64,000 nt of DNA, taken from contig OZ024741.1 of assembly GCA_964016885.1 (NCBI GenBank), forward strand, positions 363,320,001 through 363,384,000, written 5' to 3'. Positions 11,601-26,600 of the stretch are shown in pieces. The notes under the pieces were generated by a model. The model worked only from the letters and a program-made list of their open reading frames with translations, was not told where the DNA came from and ran no database searches. This DNA is from Eledone cirrhosa. Lineage: Eukaryota. How positions within the stretch are numbered: position 1 is the first letter of the stretch; each line of letters opens with the position of its first letter. The translations under genes were made by a program, and so were the position numbers.

Positions 11601-14600
11601 AAGGTGATAGATATAAATTTAATGAAACGTACATTAGGCAGTTTAAGAGAGATAGATGAAAGAATCCAAATAAATTGTTAACTCTTTCATCACCAGATTT
11701 ATAATGAAGAAACACTGCTTATGATTTTCAAACAAATTTGAAAATAATTAAAGATTTGGAATATTAAGCTGGTGTTTGGAGCATAACTTAAAGGTTCTTA
11801 CATAAAGTTATGTTGGTTTTTTTTTTATATAAACACTTTAAAACAATGCATTGGAGGAGCAGGAGCAGATGGACATCTAAATTGTTAATCATAATTTTTA
11901 ATAGAGAAACCAGCACACATAGTGTCCACCCCTACTCTTGAAAGTAATAGAGTCCAATTGCATAGTAGAATACAGATGGGACCAAATCAAAGATTATAGC
12001 AATAACTAAACTTAATACTGATAAAAACAATGTGTTACTGAAGCAAGAGCAGAACTTAGTATCCAACAAGAATAGCTTTCTGTCACTTCTCTACAGTATT
12101 AAATATAGCAAGACTAAGATCCAACTCTTGGTGTGTCAGTAAATTAAAACTTAACTCTTTTGATACCAAACCTCTTGAAATTGCTTCTGGTTTTACGATA
12201 CAAAACTGTTTACTTCAACCCTTTAGCTTTCAAACTGGCCAAATCATTTCCCCCTTATTTGTTTAAAACAGCCAGATCCAGCCGTAGACACCCACCCTAA
12301 GACATTGTTCTAAAAATGAACAATAACATCATCAAAATCTCATTGATTCGAGATTACTTAATATGGTGAAACTTGAAACAACATGTGTTTTTTTTTAATG
12401 TTGGAAGTACCACAGATTTTTTGTGTCTCAACATGACCTGCGAAAGTAGTGATATCGACTTTGAAGGTTTTACACGCCATCACATTCGAAATAAGAGAAT
12501 ACATCAGTGATTTGTCTTCAAATGAATCAGACGTATATATATATATATATATATGAATTTTCATGACAATGATTGTTGTTTTGATAGTGAAAGCAAAGGC
12601 TTCCCGAGGGACGCCAAAGCTACACCTGATGTACCCCTTCCATACACATGCACACGTGTGTATCATGACTCGTGCACTGTTCATTTTCCTGATGTTTGTG
12701 CATTGCCCTGTGTGCTGTGAATGCACTTTTTGATGAGTTGTGGTGCACCTGGGCACTATACAATATTTCATTATTATTATTATTATTATTATAATATCAT
12801 GACTCATGCACTGTTCATTATTCTATGTACTATACATGCACCTTTGATGAGTTGTAGTGCACCTGAGCACTGTACACAATAATTTCATTATTATTATTAT
12901 TATCTTCAGGATGACATTGAATAATTGTTTCTACTTTTGGCACAAGGCCAGCAATTATCCCAATGTATTACTGGTACTTTATTTTATCGACCCTGTAAAG
13001 ACGAAAGGCAAAGTTAACCTCAGCGGGATTTGAACTCAGACCGTAAAGGGGCGTAACTCAAAGTTGCAAAGCATGGCGTCAGACCCTCTACCGATACTGC
13101 CAATCCAGTGACAGCAACATGGTCGAAAAACACAATACATGTTCCTGATTTTATTCAAAATACCAGTTCACAACACACATTACCTCCCTATGCTAAAGCA
13201 CTGGATTATTTCTTTTTGTTTTTGCCACAGACTACCTGCATTTTAATTAATTCAACTGTTTGTGAAAAGTGGCAAGATAGTTGGATGTCAACATCTAGGT
13301 CATTGTTGGATAATTTTTGTAACAAACCTAACAGGTAAGGCATATAAGGTTTAACATTTTGTGTTTATCCATAAAGTAATTTCACCTGTCGAATTTAACA
13401 AAAAGGAATTGGGTAAAAATAGATAATTATAAATCATTGATATTTAAACATCTGACAAAATTTCAAGTCTGCACAGAAAATTAACAAAATTACAAACAAA
13501 TATAGTTGATAACCCTCTTGAGTATGATTAACTCAAAATAAGGTGAATAGATAAACATGACATTTGACAGAGTAATGTAAGTGTTTATATTCATCTAAAA
13601 ACATTCCATCATAATTTTATATAAGGGCCTTTGTTAATATATGCTCTAAACATCAGCTTAATAATATCAAAGTTAGTTATATTAGTTATATTACTAAATC
13701 ACTCAAAATTCTAGATTATTTTCAAAAGTATTTAAAAATTATAGGCAGTGTCTTTTCATCAGAAATATGTACAAGAATTAATGGAAATTCAGAGTTGATT
13801 GAACATTTCCAAATTAAATCTCAATGTTATTTGTGCTGATCCTAGATGGATAAAAAGCAAAATCAATGTTAGTACAATTTGAACTTTGCAGGGAAGGAGA
13901 CACTGTAAAGCTTTTCTGTAGTGCTTAAACTAACTCCTAACAAAAAACTAAATATGTTTAGATATCCATGAGCTTGAATTAGTTTTATGGAACAAGATCA
14001 TCCATTTTAAAGGGTTCCTATTAAAATTAAAGTCATCCAACATCATTTTTATTTAAGAACCTTTTAATTTATATTACAATTACCATCTTAATAATGAAAC
14101 AACAATTCCAAATTCTTCATTAAATAATCGAAATACAACTAACAACATGTCTAAATTGTCACAAGAGATGAAATAAAAGATGTCTTACATCTAAAATCGA
14201 TCTATCTGCACTAGTAAGACCTTGTGTTAGTAGTACAGCCATAGAATCTGCAACAGGAGGTTGATTTGATGATGGTGATTCTACTGATTGATCATAGTCG
14301 ATGGCTTTAAGACGCTCTTGTAAGGAAAGCTGAAACTAGAAACAGACAGACAAATGTAATCAAACATATCTGTGAGAGAATGTCAAGGATATGTAAATGC
14401 AGCAAGTATGTGAAAATAAAACAACAGAGAGAAACTAAACATTCCAATATACCTCTGGTTTTCGCTTCCTTTTATTTAAAACACCTGTGTTGTTTTCAAA
14501 TTTTGGACCGCTTGATACCATATGACTAGGAGTTAATACAGTCGTATCTTTAGACACTTCTCCAACCATTACCTATAAATAGTAACCAGAATTATGTTAA

Positions 14601-17600
14601 AACGTGAGCATTGGAATTCAAATGAAATTTGGTGCCTTTTATGCCTATGGAAGCAATGAGAAGGGGCAGTGTATAGTCAAGTAGCTGGACAATAATGACG
14701 ACAGTTCACTGGTAAAAATGCTTGAAAAATATTAAAATGAATCTACATTTTGACACAAAAGTACAATAATTGGAAACTAAGACTCTCTGAAAACATCCAA
14801 ACTTCATGTCAAATAAATTGTAATGTTACTTACTTTCTGAGCATTTGTGCTACTAAATTGACTTGGTAAAGAAGGTTTATGTTCTATAGTTACTTCTCCG
14901 GACATATTCTTAGAGGCCTGTCATGAATGAAAAGGAAAAGAGTGTTTAAACATAGACATACATCACTTAGGGTACAAACAGAATACATATACCTGTTACA
15001 AAATGTAATGAGCATTTGTGTAAGATGTATACAAACATTCGTGGCGCCTAAAGTGGACGTCTAGGCGCCACGAAAAAGCACCCAGCACTCACTGTAAATG
15101 AGGTTGGTGTTAGGAAGGGCATCCAGCTGTAGAAATCAAGCCAAAATCAGTTCCTGTATAAGCAAGGTATGGTCAGCCGACCAGATACTGCCCACAACAG
15201 GACAACCCGTCTAACCCATGCTAGCGTGGAAGAACGGATGTAAAACGGTGATGATGATGATAATGATGATGATGTGTGTGTGAGTGTATACACACACACA
15301 CGCACATATATATATATATACATACAAGGTACCCCAAAAGTCCGAACCAACAGACGTTTTTTCCACACGTAATTCATCTTTGCATGTAACAATATCAGTT
15401 TTACTACATTAAAAAATGTCCAACTTTTTTATATTCTGTGCATACACAAGTGTCAAGATGTCTAATTTGAGCACACACTGTGATAGAACTTTTAAATATT
15501 ATTTTGCTTGTGGATCCAGACATTGGGGACACTCCATATATGTTTATATAGCAATAGCAGAGAATCTATGTATGCATTGACTAAACAAAATCAACCCAAA
15601 CCAGGAAACTGACGATTTATTCAATAATATATAGTAGAACATAAAAGAAAGTTTACCATGTGTACACCTAGCTCAATACTTGTTACCTTCCAGCAGATAA
15701 AATATATAATACACTAAACAGAAATGACTTCAGTCACACTTCAAATACCTAGTATATGAGTGCGGTCATTTGTAAAGAAACCATTTTGGTTTATATCCTC
15801 CAGCAAGCAGTGAGGTAGTCCTAGTTGGTCACTATTGTAAGTCATATAACACACATACACAGTAGTTGTAGCATGGACTGTAGCATTAATTGAAGCCAGT
15901 GTTCTATTTACATATACTTAAATCCAACAGTTTGTAGATTCCAATAATTTTGCTTGTAGTGAGGACTGACAATGTATATTTCAGAAACATTTGAATGGAA
16001 TGGTCAAGTAAGACATTGATAATTGATCCTTTTGATGCCAAATGCCATACATATCAATAAGCACACACATCTATGATATATTGAGTAGCTATTTGTAATA
16101 TTATCTTCAATGAAATTTATTAGGAAGGTATTGATTTATTTTGCCTGTTGTTTATATCTGATCAACAAGTGATGATGGCATCTAACGTTTTCTGATTTCT
16201 TTGGGAATTAAGGCTTACACAACAGTGTTTATATATCTAAAGACATTCCCTCATAATTTTATATAAGAACCTTTGTTAAGTTATGCGCTTCAAATACCAG
16301 TTTAATAACAAGAGAGTTAGCTATATTATTAAATCCCTCCAAATTTTTAATTGTCTTCATTTTATTGAAAATTATAAGCAGTGTACTGCATTAGAAATGT
16401 GATAACAAAACAGCTAATGGAAATCACTCTCACTTTCCTAATATATTTTGATTAGACTGTGGTGCATCATTTTACCACTAGCTACAAAAAGACTGATTTG
16501 CAATTTGTGACCAGTGACATTACACAACATAGGAGCTTACATTGATGCACTAAGACAGCTTATCAAACATCATCCACAACCACGAAGCATTAGCTAAAGA
16601 CAACCACTACCAGCCTTTCTGCTTGTCTGTCACAAGAATTCTTAGAACACAAATGTAAGAAGAAAAGAGGGAAAGATGGACAAACGTTCTAAAATGCTTT
16701 CATTCAAACACAAGAAATGACTGTTCTCAGTCAATGCTTTTATCAGTATCTTTCTACCTTTTTATCTATTTCTATATGTATGCCTATATGTGTGTGCATG
16801 TAAAAGGGTAAAGACCCTCTTCAGTCACGAACGACCATGGGATTTTCATCTATAAATTCCCCCCCGGCACAAGTCCATCCAAGGTTGTTTGTCGAAGACC
16901 AGTAATCGCCTATGCATACCACCAATGTTGTCCAAGGGAAAGGCAAAGACCAATACAGCTTGGCACCAGTGATGTTGCAACTCATTTCTACAGGTAATTA
17001 ATCTGGAGCAACGTGAAATAAAGTGTCTTGCTCAAGAAAACAACACAAAGCCCAGTCCAAAAATCAAACTCACAACCTCATGATTGTAAGCCTGACACTT
17101 GAACCATTAAACCACGCATCTGTGTGTGTGTGCACAGAGAGATAGACAACAAAAAAAAACAAGCGTAGCTTTGTAAAATCAAATATTACTTATTCTGCCT
17201 GCAAAACAATGAGCTATGTACTAATATTTCATGGCCTGGTTGCCAGACCTACTAGAAATGACTGCCCTACCTATCTTATAAACAAAATGGATACATTAAA
17301 TAATGTAGTCCTAGATACACTATATCTGAACCATGCATGGCAGAATGGTTAAGAAGTTAGACTCTCAAGTCATGATATACTATGTTTGATCTTATGTGGC
17401 ATCTTGAGCAAATATCATTGGTGAACCAAAGCCTTATGAGTGAAACTAGCTAAACAGATACTGTGTAGATGGAGTGTACTTGTAAATCAAAGTTCCACCC
17501 CTGCCTGAGAATTATATTATGGATACACTTATCTGTGGAATATTCAACCACTTACAAGTTATCAATGAGTCGGGTGTTCAGTTGATGAAACAACTGAATG

Positions 17601-20600
17601 CTCATTGCTGAAACTTACAGATGAACCATCATGTGTGGGAAAAAGGCAGATTGCTAATAGTTGGAATACCTTGAATCAGAGCTGACCTTGAGCTAAACAA
17701 CAAACCTTAGAATGTAGCATTTGGCATATCTGGATTCCACTAATAGTGGCAGCTGACATGGGCTACATAATCTGTCATTAGATGATAATGACTAGCATTA
17801 AAGAGCAAGCTCCATTCACCTTGATGACACAGGTACAGGCGGGAGCACAAGGAAGCCACAGATGTGCAGTGTCAGTGGCAAGTGATGAATAACATACTGA
17901 AAGTAAGAAAGGAGATTCAACAGCTTTCACTTACACTGCCCAAGATGAATCCTCGGTATCCACTGGTACAACAGAATCCCCTTTTACAAGGCTCCTCTCA
18001 TGGGCTGACCTGCTTAGACAACGTAGATTTCATTAATGTACGCAGGTAGACCACATCTCCAAACACCTTATATGTATGGAGAAGTCATGTCAGAAAACAA
18101 CTGGTCAGCCACACATGAAGTTGAGCATCCACAATTGTGATACAAGGTTGTGTGCAAGAAAAACATGAAAGCACTTAAGAATAAATACAAGACACATGAG
18201 GAAATTGTTGATGACCAGCCCAACTACAGATGTGACATGGATTATGGGTATAAAGCATAAACCTCTGGCTACTTTACTTTAGAAAGCCAATCTTAATAAT
18301 ACCAATCTAAACACAACCCTTATAATACTTATGCAACTTTACCCACACAGTCCTAGTTGGTCACTATTGTAATTCTCCTATATAACACACACATACAATA
18401 GCTGTAGAATGGAGTATAACATTAATTGAAGCCATTGTATTCTACTTACATATACTTAAAATCCAAGAGAGTTTGTAGATTCCAATAATTTTGCTTGTAG
18501 TGAGGATTGACAACGTATGTTTCAGAAACATTTCAATGGAATGATCAAGTAAGGACAGGTAGAAGTAAACAGATTTACAGGTAGGGACAGGAAGTAGATT
18601 AGGCAATTACAGTGAATGTAGACAGTGAGGATCCAGGGAAAGGTGGTTGTTGGAGAGAGCAGAGTTAGGGAAAAGTGATTAGTGTGATAGGAGGAAAGGC
18701 TGGTAGTGTAATGTTAGTTAACCTAAAGAGCATCATGCCCCTTGGAACATCAAGCATAAATAATGAAAGAGTCACTCGCTGGGAAGAAAAACTTAACAAC
18801 CCACTGCTCCCAGGAGCAGATACAAACTATGCAGTGTGGAAATGCCTACACAGACTAAGATCTGGTGTTGGATGTGCAAAAGTCACTCTTGCAAATGGGG
18901 ATATTTAAAGGATGGGACGTTGTGTGTGTGACTGTGGCATCAAACCACAGACTATGCAGCACCTCCTGATATGCCCCCTGCTGGAACACTCCTGCACAGC
19001 ATTGGACTTGGCTGAGTTTAATGAGAAAGGACAGCAATGTGTTCAGCTGTGGCAGAACCACAACTAGTCAAGCTATGTAACAGACACTCTTGTGGGCACA
19101 ACAAGAAGTTAACAAGCAACAAGCACACTGTTGTAAAGAATCAAACACAAAGGAGAGAAGCAAAGAAAAGCAAAGGGAGGTGAAGAAACAAAAGCTTTGC
19201 ATTCAATCTGCCTTGAGTAAAGGTGCCTAGCTGAAAAATGAGTTGTCATTTACTAAGTTGGCAGGAAGGCTTTAGACCATGGTATTTGGGAAGGAATGGC
19301 CAAGTGAATTGGAGTAGCGATTTATGGGTTTCAGGATACCAGATGTCAACTGGTTTTACCTATATATGTATGTCATGTCTATGGCTAGATGTCCTTCTCA
19401 TCACCAATTTTTGGTATGTGTATGTATGTATATAGATATATACACACACACACACGTCTAATACAGACAGTCATGAGCAACATGACTAAGAACACCCACA
19501 CGTGTATACATATATGCATGTATAACGATATATAAAAACACATGATGAAAATGAAGACGATTTAGAGTCATATGACATAGATGATAACTGGAATTTCTTA
19601 CGTGACAACTTAGAGTAGGAGGTTTGCCAATATTCTGCGACAGGAAGATCAGAGACGTGCAGTGTTCCGCATTGTAAGGCAGTGTGTCAATGTAAATCAG
19701 GATGTTGTTGGAGATAAGTGTGTCCGAAATGATGCTGGTGTACATAGTGTCACGAATGATCAGAAAAAGGAGGCCTGGAAATGTCATTATGAGAGACTGA
19801 TGAATGTGGAGAATGAATGGGAGAGAGAGAGAAATTACCAGTAGATCCGACAGAGGGACCAGCTATTGAGATTGACGAATATAGGGCCCAAGAGGCGATT
19901 AAGGAAATGAAAAATGATAAGGCCGCTGGACCGTCGGGTATAGTTGCTGAGATGCTGAAGGCATCAGGGGAAGTAGGCACTAAACTGGTTGCACGCATCA
20001 TCAATCAGGCTATATATGGTGGTGTCATACCCAAAGACTGGTGCAGCAGTATTCTCATAAATTGCTACAAAGGTAAAGGGGATGCTCTGGAGAGGAACAA
20101 TTATAGGGACATTAAACTGATGGATCAGGTTATGAAAGTGGCAGAAAGGATATTAGTGCAACTAATTAGAGAAAGGGTCAAACTAGATGAGATGCAGTTT
20201 GGTTTTGTGCCTGGGAAAAGTACAACAGATGCCCTCTTCTTAGTGAGACAACTACAAGAGAGGTTCTTAGAGAAGAATAAGTCACTATACTTAGCTTTTA
20301 TTGGCCTAGAGAAGGCCTTTGATAGAGTACCCCGATCTGTCATCAGGTGGTCCCTAAGGAAACTAAGTCTTGAAGAATGGCTTGTGAGGACAGTGCAAGC
20401 TTTGTACAGAGGTGCTGTCAGTAAAGTGAGGGTAGGAATGGAGTTTAGTGAGGAATTCTAGATACAAGTAGGAGTACACTAGAGTTTAAGACGGCTGCCC
20501 ATGGGAACTTCTCTATGCTGATGATCTGGTTCTTATAGCAGAATCAGTAGAGGAGCTAGAGAATAAATTCTGGCTATGGAAACAGCAGTTGGAATCAAGA

Positions 20601-23600
20601 GAACTGAGAGTGAACAGAGCTAAGACAAAAGTGTTGATAAGTAGAAAAGAGGACAAAACTCTGATTCCGTGAGGGAAATGGCCATGTTCGATATGTAGAA
20701 AAGGAACTGGCATAAATTCTATAAAATGTACACAATGCAGATCTTGGGTAGACAAGAGATGTAGTGGGATTGCAGGCAAACTAACAGGTAGGGAAAACTA
20801 CACATGCAGTAGATGTACAGGGAAAGTTGACAGTAGCAATCGCAGTGATAGACACATTTTTCAAATGCAGGTGGGTTCTATAGAAGTGGTTGATAGCTTC
20901 TGGTACCTAGGTGATCATATTAGCATGGGAGGGGTGTTCCGAGGTCATAGTATCTAGAATAAGGACGGGTTGGAAGAAGTTTAGGGAGCTGCTTCCTCTG
21001 CTGATGAAGAAGTGTTTCTCCCTGCGTACGAAAGGCCAGTTATATGATGCCTGTGCGCGATGCTGCATGGTAGTGAGACATGGACAGCAACTGCAGAGGA
21101 TATGCAATTGCTGGAGAGAAATGAGGCAAGCATGCTCCGTTGCATGTGCAATGTCAATGTGCATGAACGACCGAGCATGGATGTTGAGAGAGAAAAGTTG
21201 TAGTGTGCGGGAGAGAAGACTGCGATGGGGTGGACATGTGATGCACATGGAGGATGACCGCTGAGTAAAGAAGTGCCAAGATATGCCAGTTGAAGGAAGA
21301 CGCAGTAGAGGAAAACCAGTGGAGATGACGAAGGACCGTGACAAATGGAGAGATGTTGTGCTGTACCCGTCCCACCCTTGCAAGCAGGGAAAAGCGGACG
21401 TAAAATGATGATGATGATACAGGAAAGAGAATGCAGAGGTAGGAGATAGACTGTGTGATGAAGAAAATAAGAGTAATGAAATGCAGGAAGAAAATATTTA
21501 GAAAGAACTGTGAGAAAAATGTAGGCTGTAAAGAGGAAAAGACTGACGTAAATGTTAATACTTGCCACTTGTTCAAAGATAGGTTTGATAAAACTACTGT
21601 GTATAAGCAGAATGGTACCATCTTTGTCTTGCGTTGGGTAAGAAACTAAAATTGGAAGTGTTTTTCCTGAAGAACTGACCACCTTAATTGTGACCTTTGG
21701 ACGAATTGGTTTTTTTATTTTTCTGAAATAGGAAAATATTTCAATCAGGTCAGTTAATTCTTTATCATGTCTAATCATTTTGAAAATAATGAAGAATTTG
21801 AAAAGTTTGAGTAAAATAACTTTCTCATACTTATCTGGTATTTGGAAAATTATAATAGAAAGTTTTTAGATGAATATATAAACACTTTAACTCTTCATTA
21901 CCATATTTCTAATAATTTTTAAATTATTTTGAAAACAATTAAGACTTTGAAGGGATTTAGTAAAATAAATTTCTCATTATTTATCCGATATTTAGAGTGG
22001 TAGATTGGCTGAATTATTGGGGCTTGTGGCATTTCTTCTGGTTCTTTACATTGTGTCACCGAGGTCAACAAAATGAGCCTAGTACTAGGGTCTATTTAAC
22101 TGACTTTCCATTTTCCAAAATTCCTGGCATTCTGACTTTGTTAGAAACGTTATTTTTCTAGTATCTAAGTTCAAATCCCACCGAAGTTAACTTTGCCTTT
22201 CATCCTTACGGGGTTGATAAAATAAAGTACCAGTAATGTACTGGGTAATTGCTGGCCTTGTGCCAAAAGTAGAAACAATTATTTTTCTAGTATTTGGAAC
22301 ATAAGAGACACAGGTAAAATTATGATGGAAGGTTTTCTTTAGATAAATATAAACAGTTGACAGCAGCCTAATAGATAAAGCAATTAAGTTTATAATATAG
22401 AGAAGGCAGTCAGATCATCTGGCTTATTTGCCGAGATGCTAGAAACATCTGGCACGGTAGGTTACAAGTTAATTAAGTAGGATGGTGTCATACCCAATGA
22501 CTGGTGAAACAGTATCATTGTAAACTGCTGCAAGAGCATGGGTGACTTCTGGTCTTCTGCAAATCACTTTGCCCAGGTTTGAGTCTTAGAGAGGAACTTT
22601 TCAGGTGCAAGCCCATGGTAGCCTAGGAAATTAAAGGTGCCTCAACTTTTGATGGAAATCTATGGGCATTGTCCTAGCACACAGCACGTCTTGGACATTT
22701 TAAACATAGTGGAGCCCACCCTTCTCCAGGTCTAAACACAGCTGATTTTTGGAGAAAGGAAGAGAGAGTGAGAGAGAGTGAGAGAAAGTGATAAAGAAAG
22801 ACAGAGGAAGAATTGACCCTGGTAATGGACTGGTACTTTATTTATTGACTTAAAAAAAATAAAAGGCTAACTTAACTGTGGCAGGGTTTGAAATTAGAGT
22901 GCAGTGAGCTGCCATAAATACTGAGACATCTAATCCAATGCCCTTAACGACTGTGCCAATTGACAACCCCAGTTAATTACTGATATGCATCATCACATTT
23001 TTACTGAACACTGAATTAATAAACAAGATACAATAAAACTCTTAGGTACATATTTCCCTTGTCCTTCTCTAGTTGAGATAATCTCCATTGCCATATATTA
23101 AATAATAAGACTTACCCATTTAAAACATGTTCAAATATTAACAATTGTCCACTTTTAGTGACCACAGACAAACAAATAGCCTGCAGATAGAAAGAAAAAA
23201 AAAAACAAAAAAAAACAATCAATCTATAAGTTGGCTTGGTTAGAAATATGAAAGACTTTCAGGTGTCAAAACATGTATCATGGAAATGAAAAATGGCTTT
23301 AACACAAGACCTAAATAACAAACACATCAAAGCCATTCGTTTTACCTTAAGGTTAGCTTTATGGGTCCAATGACAAGCTACATGCTCACCATGAGGGTCC
23401 TTTGTGAAACAATGTTTTATGGCGAGATGCCCTTCCTGGTGTTAACTCTTTCAGTTACCTCTTATAACATGCAGACTTACAGCATACCTATTCTAAATCA
23501 GATAACAACAGAAATAACAGATGGGAAAAGTTATTTTGTTGTTTGCTAGTCTTAACCCTTTTAATACCAACCTTTGATACAAAGCCACCTTACATCATAA

Positions 23601-26600
23601 TTGTCTGTAAGAAAATATTCTCAAGTATTTTCTATATATCATTAAATGACGAAGTCATCATCATCACTATCAGCTTTTCCATGGGTTGGCCGAGACTTTT
23701 TGAGGCAATATCCTATGGCTTCCAGGTACCAACATGTTCTAATTTTTAAATATGGTACCTTATTTCATTGATCTTTATCATTGAATCACTAAGTTGAGAG
23801 ACAAACAAACAGCATTGTCAATATGAAGACACAAAGGTTTTTACATAAAATTATGATGGATGGTTTTTGACCAGTTTGATGTCAAAATTAACAATTTTGA
23901 TATGAAACCGGTTGAACACCATCTATCATAATTTATGCAAGAACCTTTGTTAAGTTATACTCCAAATACTAACTTAATAATGAGAAAGTTAGTTACATTA
24001 CTAAATCTCTCCAAATTCCCGATTCTTTTCAAAATGATTTGTAAATAGGCAGTGTCTTTCATATGGGAATAAAGGATTAAGCTTTGTGAACTGAGCTAAA
24101 GCAGCTGTATTGGAAAGCAAAAGAGTAACACATGGAGCAGAAATTCATGACTAGTCATTTCTTCTATATATATTAGGAGTAGGCATGGTGGTATCATTAA
24201 GAAGTTTGCCGCAGAACATGGTTTTGGGTTCAGTCCAACTGCACAGTAATCTCAAATGTCTTCAGCTACACAACTCTGGGCTAACGAATGCTTTGTGAAT
24301 TAATTTCGTAGACAGAAACTATGAGTCCCAAATCATTTACTAGAATACAGATTATCTGATTCTAGCCTTATGGCACATTCAAATAACTGAATACACATGA
24401 AACCACATGAGCAAAACATTCTTGAAAAGTACAAAACTGCACCATGACTGCATAACATTAAAAATCGTTACTCTAATATTGCAAATTTTAACAATGATGT
24501 AATAAAACATTATAAACTGATTTGGAGATATTTTCAGCCAAATAATTACAGGTTTTTATGAGTTAACATCTTGTAATGATTTAGCAGAAAATAATCTAAA
24601 AATGGGCTTTATACTTTTCAAGAATGTCTTGCTAATGCAGTTTCATGTGATACAGGATGTTATGAGTTAAAGCTGGATGATAGAATTAAATCACACAAAA
24701 CACACAAATGAATCAATTTTGGATAGACACAGTGGTGCAGGCATTAAAAAAAGAGATAAGATAATTTTAGAGCACATGAACTTACCTGGTCTTTTGAATT
24801 TGATAAAGCCAATGTTTTTGGTTCGTCAGGAAGAGAAAATGAAGCTATTGCAGTTTTCTCGTGTTTGTTTGAGTTAATAGCCCTATTAGGAAAAAGAATA
24901 AATAAAACTTGCAGTGACTGGTGTAAGGAAGGAATATGACCTAAGATGTCAGCTTCGTACACACACACACTCCCAATAAGTGTTTTACAGTCATTTTTCT
25001 CCACTAAAGCAGGGCTTAGACTTGTGGAGCCTCATGAAAGGTTTCATACTCATCACGGAGTACTTTTTGAAGTAATGTTTTACAGTTGTATGCCCTTCCT
25101 GCTGTAAAACATATATGTATGTTTGTTTATATATACTAGTGCAAAAAAGGTAATAGACTGAAGAAGCAACCAACAACAGATTCTACATATGTTGTTCAAC
25201 TATTCACTGCTGCCTCAGCATGATTAACTATAAATATATGTAGTAACAAGGTGACAATTGGTTGCCACAATTACTAGCAGCCAACCAGCAAAGATGTTGT
25301 CTCTATCACTGCCATGTCCATAACTGAAACTGTTAAATACCAACGGTTCTGTTAGTTTAATTAGTGCTACCATTAGCTGCTGTAACCAGCAGGAAAGTCA
25401 TGCCACAGGAATATTATGTGTTGAGATCATTTTTATGAGCCGAGAGAAGTCAATAAGAAACCAATCCAAAGTATGCTCTTGAAGAAAATTTTGTTTCCTC
25501 GTGATGATCAAGGGGTAATAATACATCAATGAGTGGTCGATGAATGAACCAAAACAACATAGAGTAGGGAGCCCCCTTTAGTCATGGTAAGGACATGACC
25601 TCTCTAGTGTTTGTGCCATGATAAAATGTGAACTGATTGGCACTAGAACCCATTTCAAAATATAGAACGTATGAGCAAGACATGATTATCTGACCTGCCT
25701 TGCCTCGGGCTGTGTGTAACGAACTGTCCAGCCCATACCAACATGATAAACGGTCATGATGATGTCATGTCATGCCTCACAAGCCTGCCAAAATGGACAT
25801 CATGTAAAGAATATTGTGATACTTCTATGTACAAAATACCTTTTACACATTTATGCTCTTTTTCAATCCTTTTAATACCAGTTGGCCATTGTTCTATAAA
25901 ACAAAACCACCCATTTTGAAGAGTCCCTATTCGAATTAAAAGCTGCCAGCATAAATTTTATATAAGAACTCATGTTAAGTTACTATCTGAGTAAAGAAAT
26001 AGAGTATTTCATTAGAAATGTACTCACAAAAGAGCTAAGTTATGTTCCAAAAGCTAACTTTAAAATTAATTGAAAATCATAGGTAGTGTATTTCATTAGA
26101 AACATGGTAATGAAAGGGTATAGAACAGTGCACCACTAGCTTAGTGGCCCAAAACCATAAGATACTGATGAACTGAATCTGAATCTTTTATACCAATTGG
26201 CATATTTACTAGTAAAAACTGTTTTAAAAGTCTTCATCCCTGCTAAATCAGGATTTATCTGTTCAGGCCTAATAAGCTTCATATCCACCATATGGTCCTT
26301 TTTTGAGGCAATGTTTTATTGCTAGATGCCCTTCTTTGTGCCAATCCTTTCCATCACTTCTTATGACACGCAGGGATACAGTGTACCTATTTTAACCCTT
26401 TAGCATTCGCATTAATTTTCAAATGTCATGCTTATCTGTTCGCATTTATTTTGAGTTAATCATACTCAAGAGGGTTATCAATTTCATTTGCTTGTAATTT
26501 TCTTAATTTTCTATTTGCAGACTTGAAATTTTGTCAGTAGATGTTAAAATATCAATAATTTACAATTGTATATTTTTACCAATTTTTTTTTTTGTTAAAT

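Noticed and set aside
20981-21778. 265 aa minus-strand ORF
   Set aside because: WDR43 exon 8 read through into intron and antisense RTE sequence.
24949-25056. C/D snoRNA candidate (GTGATGA...CTGA, minus strand, about 65 nt from the exon 6 acceptor); searched because vertebrate WDR43 hosts SNORD53 and SNORD92
   Set aside because: The C box lies inside a dispersed repeat (also near 10062 and 26235); no terminal stem and no recognisable rRNA guide.
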